From an uncultured Actinomycetes bacterium (GTDB lineage Bacteria; Actinomycetota; Thermoleophilia; Gaiellales; JAICJC01): DNA of 64,000 nt. A model generated the notes under the pieces. It had not been told where the DNA came from, made no database searches, and saw only the letters and a program-made list of their open reading frames with translations. The stretch spans positions 663,368 to 727,367 of the forward strand of contig CAVVAA010000003.1 in the NCBI GenBank assembly GCA_963746115.1, given 5' to 3'. Shown here in pieces: positions 57,992-64,000 of this stretch (position 1 is the first letter of the stretch; every line of letters starts with the position of its first letter). The translations under genes were made by a program, and so were the position numbers.

Positions 57992-59443
57992 TTAGTCGGA
58001 CTCGGTCGCCAGCTCACCGGCGGGCTCGTGCCCGGCGTGGCCCTGCACGTCGGCGCGCAGGACGCCCGCCCCGATCGCCGCCGCGGCGAACGCGAACACC
58101 GCGCCGATCAGGAAGGCGACGTGGTAGCCGCCGTTCAGGGCGACGAGCGGCCCGTCGCCGGCGGCGCGCAGGTCGCTCGTGTGCGACGCCGCCACGCTGG
58201 TCAGCACGGACAGGCCGAGCGCTCCGCCCATCATGAACGCGGTGTTCACGACGCCGGAGGCGAGACCGGACTCGGCCGGGTCGACGTCGTTCATGGCCGC
58301 GAGGAGCAGCGGATTGAACGACATGCCGGCGCCGAACCCGAGCAGGATCATGCTCGGCAGGACGTCGGTGACGTAGCTCCCGCCGACGGGGGCGCGGGCG
58401 AACAGCACGAGGCCCGCACCCGCGAGTGAGAGGCCGATGCCGAGCGGGATGCGGACTCCGAAGCGCATCACGAGCTTGGCGGACAGGCCGAGCGAGAACG
58501 CGGCCATGATCAGGTTCGTCGGCAGGAACGCCAGGCCGACCCGCAGCGGGCTGTAGCCGAGGATCAGCTGCAGGTAGAGCGCCGAGAGGAAGAACCAGGC
58601 GAACATGCCGGCCGCCCACAGGATGCCGACGACGTTCGAGGTGGCGACGTTGCGCAGCTTGAACAGGCCGAGCGGCATGAGCGGCGATTCCACGCGCGCC
58701 TCGATGCCGACGAAGACGGCGAGCAGCACGATCGACGCGCCCAGCAGGCCCAGCGTCTGGTCCGCCGTCCACCCGGTCTGGTTGCCGTTCACGATCGCGT
58801 ACACCGCGAGCATCAGCGCCGTGGTGACGGTGACCGCGCCGGCGACGTCCAGATGCGTCGAGGGCTGGCCGCGGCCGGGCGGCAGCAGGACCAGGCACAG
58901 GGCAAAGACGGCCACGCCGACCGGCAGGTTGACGATGAAGATCCAGTGCCAGTCGAGCACGTCGGTGAGGACGCCGCCGAGCAGCACGCCGATGGTGCCG
59001 CCGCCGGCCGCGACGAAGCCGAACACGCCCATCGCCTTGGCCCGCTCTCCCGCCTCGGTGAACATGGTCATGATCAGCGAGAGCGCGACGGCCGAGACGA
59101 TCGCGCCGCCGAGGCCCTGCACCGCCCGCGCGCCGATCAGCACGTGCTGGGAGGTGGCGAGGCCGCACGCGAGCGACGCCAGCGTGAAGAGCGCGATCCC
59201 GCACAGGAACAGCCGCCGCTGGCCGAACAGGTCGCCCAGGCGGCCGCCCAGCAGGAGGAACCCGCCGAAGGTCAGCAGGTAGGCGTTCACGACCCACGCG
59301 AGCGACGTCTCCGAGAAGCCGAGATCCTGCCGGATCGACGGCAGGGCGACGTTCACGATGGTCGTGTCGAGCACGATCATGAGGCTGCCTGAGCAGAGCA
59401 CGATCAGGGCCATCCAGCGCTTGTTGCCCTCGACGCCGCTCAT
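57992..59443 (-). CDS. DHA2 family MFS efflux transporter
   Basis: MIVLDTTIVNVALP, GGRLGDLFGQRR, ARAVQGLGGA and WHWIFIVNLP. Confidence 0.92.
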   Translation of the reverse strand: MSGVEGNKRWMALIVLCSGSLMIVLDTTIVNVALPSIRQDLGFSETSLAWVVNAYLLTFGGFLLLGGRLGDLFGQRRLFLCGIALFTLASLACGLATSQHVLIGARAVQGLGGAIVSAVALSLIMTMFTEAGERAKAMGVFGFVAAGGGTIGVLLGGVLTDVLDWHWIFIVNLPVGVAVFALCLVLLPPGRGQPSTHLDVAGAVTVTTALMLAVYAIVNGNQTGWTADQTLGLLGASIVLLAVFVGIEARVESPLMPLGLFKLRNVATSNVVGILWAAGMFAWFFLSALYLQLILGYSPLRVGLAFLPTNLIMAAFSLGLSAKLVMRFGVRIPLGIGLSLAGAGLVLFARAPVGGSYVTDVLPSMILLGFGAGMSFNPLLLAAMNDVDPAESGLASGVVNTAFMMGGALGLSVLTSVAASHTSDLRAAGDGPLVALNGGYHVAFLIGAVFAFAAAAIGAGVLRADVQGHAGHEPAGELATESD

Positions 59444-59516
59444 GTCCCTGCTCCGGTGTTGGTGTGGTTGTGTGACGGCATGGTGTAGCTCCTTAAACGT
59501 CCTTCGAGTCTGCCCG

Positions 59517-59546
59517 TACGACCGCGCGGACGCCCGAAACTCATCG
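59517..59546 (-). promoter_or_regulatory. ECF sigma (SigG-like) promoter CGATGA-N18-GTCGTA
   Basis: Matches the CGATGA-N18-GTC pattern I recall for mycobacterial SigG; upstream of the MFS-erm genes. Confidence 0.5.
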
Positions 59547-59582
59547 CACTTGGCACCGTAGCGATCGGGTTGCGGCGGCCGG

Positions 59583-61806
59583 TCAGGACATGATGGCCGG
59601 GGTGGGCGCCTCGACCTCTTCGTCGAAGACGCCGGTGCCCTCGACGTTCACGCGCGGGAGGACGCGGTCGAGGAACCCGGGCAGGTACCAGCTGCGGCGG
59701 CCGAGCACTTCCATCACCGACGGGACGAGCATGCAGCGCACCACGGTCGCGTCGAGCGCGATCGCGACGGCGAGGCCGATGCCGAACTGCTTCACGACCG
59801 GATCGCCGTTCAGGACGAAGCTCGAGAACACGAACACCATCACGAGCGCCGCCGACGTGATCACGCGCCCGGTTCGGGCGAGGCCTTCGACGACCGCCTC
59901 GCCTGCGTCGCCGGTGGCGTGGTAGCGCTCCTGGATCTGGCTGACGAGGAAGACCTCGTAGTCCATCGAGAGGCCGAACAGGATGGCGAACATGAGCAGC
60001 GGCGCGTAGCTCACGATCGGTATCGAGTGGGGCAGGCCCACGATGCCGATCCCGTGCCCCTCCTGGAAGATGAACGTGACGATGCCGTAGGCGGCGCCCA
60101 CCGAGAGCAGGTTCATCACCGCGGCCTTGATCGGGATCACCACCGAGTGGAACGCGAGCGTGAGCACGATGAAGCTCAGGAGCACGACGATCGCGATCAT
60201 CAGCGGCAGCTTGGCGCCGATCTTCTCCGCCAGGTCGATGTAGCCGGCGGTCTGGCCGCCGACGTACACGGTCAGGCCGGAGGAAGCGACCGCCTTGGGG
60301 ATGACCGTGTCGCGCAGGTTGTTCACCAGGTTCTCGGTCTGGTCGGACGAAGGCGACGTCTTTGCGACCACGCTGAACACGGCGCCCGTGCCGGACGGAT
60401 CGACCGTGGCGGGCGCGACCGACTGCACGTTGGCGGTCTTCGCGATGGTGTTCTGGAGGTTCGTGAGGCGTGGGTCGGTGGTCGGGTCGCCGCCCGCCTG
60501 GGCAGGCTGCGCCGGCGTCGGGAACTTCACCGCGATCAGGAGTGGCCCGTTCGACCCGGCCCCGAACCCGCTTGCCATCGCGTCGTACGACTGCCGTTGG
60601 GTCGTCGACTTCGGCAGCACGCTGTTGTCCTGCTGGCCCAGCCGCAGGTTGATGAGCGGGAACGCCAGCACGAGCAGGAGGACGGTGCTCCCGATCATGT
60701 ACGGCCAGGGGTTGCGACCGACGGCGCGCGCCATGCGCGCCCAGCCGTGCGGCTGGTGGTCGTCGGGATGCGTGCGGCCGATGTGCACCCGCAGCGAGTT
60801 GATGTGCGTCGCCGAGCGCTCCGAGCAGCGCCGGCAGCAGTGTGATCGCCGCGAGTACCGAGACGGCCACCGCGATGGCCGCCGTGTAGCCGAGGGTCGA
60901 GACGAGCGGAATTCCGGCCACGACGAGCGAGCAGAGCGCGATCACGACCGTCACGCCGGCGAACAGGACCGCGCCCCCGGAGGTGGCCGTCGCGCGGGCG
61001 ATCGATTCGTTCATCTCGATCCCGTGCCCGAGCTGGAGCTTGTGTTTCGTGACGATGAAGAGGGAGTAGTCGATGCCGACGCCGAGCCCGATCATGGTCG
61101 CCAGCGTCGGCGAGACCGTGGGCACGGCGGTGAGGTGGCTGATGGCGGTGATCAGGGCGAGCGTCGTGAGCAGGCCGAGGATGGCGGTCATGATCGGGAG
61201 CAACATCGCGGTTACCGTCCCGAACGCGATCACGAGGATCACGACCGCGGCCGCGATGCCGATCGCCTCGCTGCTCTCGGTCGACGGCCGGGAGAGCTTC
61301 TGGCCGACGTAGCCGCCGACGGCCGGCTCGAGGCCCGCCTTCGCCGCCGGATCGGCCGCGTCGAGGATGTCCTGCGCGTCCTGGTCCGTCGTGCTGCCCG
61401 AGCCGGTGTTCAGCGTGACCGAGATGTAGGCGACCTTCCGGTCCTTGCTTACGAGCCCCTGGGCGCCCTGGTCGAGCGGGCTCACCACGCGGGTGACGTG
61501 GGGCACCGCCTTCAGGTTCTTCACGGTGGCGTCGATCGCGCTCGTGCTGGCGGAGTCGCCGATCTGGCCCGAGTGGTCGACGAGGGTGAGCGGGATGCTC
61601 CCGTAGGCCTGCTGGGGCAGCTTCTGCTGCAACAGGTCCGTGGCATTCGTCGAGCCCGTCCCCGGGAGCGTCAGGTTGTCGTTCCAGTTCTGGCCGAGCG
61701 ACGCGGCCCACAGATGGAGACCGACCGCGACGATGAGCCACGTCGCGATCACGATCCAGCGTCGTCGGACGCACCAGCGGCCGACCTCGTAGAGCGCCCG
61801 AGTCAC
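59583..61806 (-). CDS. MMPL family (RND) transporter (frameshift near 60815)
   Basis: MIGLGVGIDYSLF, GGAVLFAGVTV, GFGAGSNGPL, FGLSMDYEVFL and LDATVVR. Confidence 0.92.
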
Positions 61807-61884
61807 GCGTCAAACTCCAAGGCGCGCGAAGATACCAGGCTCGGGCGCGCCAAGAAAGAGCGCATCGACACGATGACACGTTAC

Positions 61885-61907
61885 CTAACGCTCACGGTGA
61901 GCGTTAG
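61885..61907. promoter_or_regulatory. perfect inverted repeat CTAACGCTCAC-G-GTGAGCGTTAG (TetR-like operator)
   Basis: 11-bp arms adjacent to a TAACGT -10 upstream of the MMPL gene. Confidence 0.6.
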
Positions 61908-62416
61908 ACTTCGAGCGGCACGAGCAGTCGGTGTGGCGCCCGCAGCGCGACGGTGACCGGGTCGTCGCGGAACGTGTTCCGGTCCGGGCGCGGGGCTACG
62001 GTGACGTCGGCCGGCTCCGGCGCGACGCCGCACTCCGGGCAGACTCCCCGCCGGTCGAGGGCGGTCCCACACACGGCGTGGCTGAAGGTGCGCCCGCTGG
62101 GCGACCGATGGCGGCTTCCCCAGATCATGAGATCGAAGAGGAGCGGCCAGAGCTCGCGCCCGGCCGCGGTCAGCTCGTACACGTGCCGGCCGCCGTGGGC
62201 GGGATCGGGCGTGCGGTCGAGGATGCCCCGCTCGACGAGCCCGCTCAGCCGGTCGGAGAGGACCGCCTTGGGGATGTCGAGATGCACCTGGAAGTCGTTG
62301 AAGCGGCGGACGCCGTAGAAGGCGTCGCGCACGATCAGGAGCGTCCAGCGCTCGCCGACCACCTCGAGCGCACGCGCGATCGAGCAGTCCTGGCGCACGT
62401 AGTCCTTTCCGAGCAT
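61904..62416 (-). CDS. HxlR family winged-helix regulator
   Basis: CSIARALEVVGERWTLLIVRDA, RRFNDF and YELTAAGREL. Confidence 0.92.
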   Translation of the reverse strand: MLGKDYVRQDCSIARALEVVGERWTLLIVRDAFYGVRRFNDFQVHLDIPKAVLSDRLSGLVERGILDRTPDPAHGGRHVYELTAAGRELWPLLFDLMIWGSRHRSPSGRTFSHAVCGTALDRRGVCPECGVAPEPADVTVAPRPDRNTFRDDPVTVALRAPHRLLVPLEV

Positions 62417-62436
62417 GGTGGCAGCATAGCCGGTAT

Positions 62437-62490
62437 CGGTTCGATCATCGAACCGTGTCTGCTAGCCTCTCTCGAGTTCGATCAACGAAC
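62437..62490. promoter_or_regulatory. two GTTCGAT-N-AWCGAAC operators between divergent hxlR and MFS
   Basis: CGGTTCGATCATCGAACCG at 62437-55 and GTTCGATCAACGAAC at 62476-90. Confidence 0.65.
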
Positions 62491-62506
62491 CTCATTGGAG
62501 GACGCG

Positions 62507-63670
62507 ATGACGCCGCTCTCGACACGGATCGCCTGGCTCCCGGCCGCCGCCGGCCTCCTCGGCGCCGCCTGGGGCTCGAACCAGTTCACCCCGCTCCTGC
62601 TCGTGTACCACCACGAGCTGGGTCTCGGCACCGGCACCCTCGAGGCGCTCTTCGGCGCCTACGCGCTCGGACTGATCCCCGGCCTGCTCGTCGGCGGACC
62701 GCTGTCGGACGTCCGCGGCCGCCGCGCCGTCGTGGTGCCGGCCGCGTGGCTGTCCCTCGCCGCCACCCTGGTGCTCGCCGCCGCCGGGCACTCCATCGCG
62801 CTCCTCTTTGCCGGGCGTCTGCTGGCCGGCGTCAGCAGCGGTGCGATGTTCAGCGCCGGCACGGCCTGGCTGCGCGAGCTCTCGGCGCAGGGCGCCTTAC
62901 ACAGCTCGCATGCCGCCCGGCGCACGGCGGTGGCGATGACCGCCGGCTTCGCGCTCGGCCCGCTCGTCGCCGGCCTGCTCGCCCAGTGGGCGCCGGACGC
63001 GGGCACCGTCCCGTATCTGCCCCACGTGGCGCTGGCGCTGGCCGTGCTCGCCCTGCTGCGCGACGCGCCGGAGACGGTCTTCGCGCCGGCGGAGGCGTCC
63101 GCCCGGCCGGCGCTCCCCGCCGAGGGCCAGGCCCGCTTCCGGCGTGTGGTTGCGCCGTCGGCGCCCTGGGTGTTCGCGGCGCCCGCGATCGCCTTCGCCT
63201 TGCTTCCCAGCGTCGTCGGCGCCGACCACGCCACCGACGGGACCGCCTTCGTCGCCGCGATCACGGCGCTGACGGCGTTCTCCGGGGTCCTCGTCCAGCC
63301 GCTGGGGCGGCGGCTGGAGCACCGCGCAGGCGTCGCCGGCCTGCTCGTGCTGGCGGCCGGGCTCGCGCTCGCGGCCGTGACCGCCGAGGCTCAGGTCATG
63401 TGGCTGCTCGTGCCGTGCGCGATCGTGCTCGGCTGCGCCTACGGCCTGTGCCTGGTCGCGGGCCTCGTCGAGGTGCAGCACCTGGCCCGCGGGCGCGACC
63501 TCGCCCGTCTGACCGCCATCTTCTACGCGTTCACCTACCTCGGATTCGCGGCCCCGTACCTGCTGGCGCTGGGCGCGCATCTGGCCGGGTACGACCTCCT
63601 GCTCGCCGGCACGGCGGCGCTCGCCCTCGCGACCGCGGCGCTCGTCGCGCCGCGGCCGGGGGCGGCCTGA
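62507..63670 (+). CDS. MFS transporter
   Basis: AWGSNQFTPLL, GGPLSDVRGRR and about 12 hydrophobic segments; GGAGG RBS. Confidence 0.88.
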   Translation: MTPLSTRIAWLPAAAGLLGAAWGSNQFTPLLLVYHHELGLGTGTLEALFGAYALGLIPGLLVGGPLSDVRGRRAVVVPAAWLSLAATLVLAAAGHSIALLFAGRLLAGVSSGAMFSAGTAWLRELSAQGALHSSHAARRTAVAMTAGFALGPLVAGLLAQWAPDAGTVPYLPHVALALAVLALLRDAPETVFAPAEASARPALPAEGQARFRRVVAPSAPWVFAAPAIAFALLPSVVGADHATDGTAFVAAITALTAFSGVLVQPLGRRLEHRAGVAGLLVLAAGLALAAVTAEAQVMWLLVPCAIVLGCAYGLCLVAGLVEVQHLARGRDLARLTAIFYAFTYLGFAAPYLLALGAHLAGYDLLLAGTAALALATAALVAPRPGAA

Positions 63671-63682
63671 CGGCGGGATCGC

Positions 63683-64000
63683 CTACGCGGGCGCCTGCGA
63701 GCGCACGTACTCGATGTAGCCGCGCACGTCGGCGGCCGGCTCGGTGTACGCCTCGCCCAGCGTCTCGGCCATCGCGTCCATGAACTCCTTCGCCCAGTCC
63801 GGCAGGTCGTAGTCGATCGAGGCCAGGAACTCGAGCGAGGCGGCGAGGCGGATGTCGGCGATCGAGGGATGGTCGCCGCCGATGAACCGCTTGCCGTCCA
63901 GGAAGAACGCCCGGTAGACGTCGAGCGGCTCGGCCAGGGCCGTCTCGGCGGCCTGCTGCGCCTCGGCCTTCGCGGCGTCGTCGGCGTTCGACGAGCCCAC
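63683..64000 (-). CDS. glutathione S-transferase family protein (C-terminal part; runs off the window)
   Basis: FIGGDHPSIADI (GST C-domain N-capping box) followed by a helical tail. Confidence 0.65.
   Translation of the reverse strand: MGSSNADDAAKAEAQQAAETALAEPLDVYRAFFLDGKRFIGGDHPSIADIRLAASLEFLASIDYDLPDWAKEFMDAMAETLGEAYTEPAADVRGYIEYVRSQAPA

Overview
Very GC-rich chromosomal DNA from an actinobacterium, probably Thermoleophilia/Gaiellales-like (inferred from gene content and style, not verified). Several stretches are dense in single-base indels that break ordinary genes (about 1-5 kb, 6.3-7.3 kb, 9.5-10.5 kb, 20.2-20.6 kb, 46.6-50.3 kb, 52-55 kb). These look like long-read consensus errors, so gene ends there are approximate. 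Content in order: (1) a protocatechuate/4-hydroxybenzoate operon (pcaJ-H-G-B-C-F-pobA); (2) a sulfatase and a TudS-like gene; (3) secreted proteins; (4) a truncated OmpR regulator; (5) MarR with an MFS pump; (6) an MprAB-like two-component system followed by a boxed promoter and a structured candidate sRNA; (7) a CtpE-like P-type ATPase; (8) yceI and an FMN reductase; (9) a SigB/SigF partner-switching cluster with two sigma factors; (10) ligD; (11) a 1186-aa class III cyclase-STAND ATPase-TPR-family-5 solute-binding-protein fusion with a perfect LexA box upstream; (12) PadR, PHP hydrolase, proline-racemase-family and LCP genes; (13) a stand-alone cNMP-binding protein; (14) IdeR-boxed efeUOB; (15) an Erm-like rRNA methylase behind an MFS pump; (16) MMPL, HxlR/MFS and a partial GST. 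Odd-length palindromic REP-like elements sit in four places. I found no rRNA, tRNA, CRISPR array, transposase or prophage. The best candidates for something undescribed are the cyclase-STAND-SBP sensor and the candidate sRNA downstream of the MprAB-like genes.
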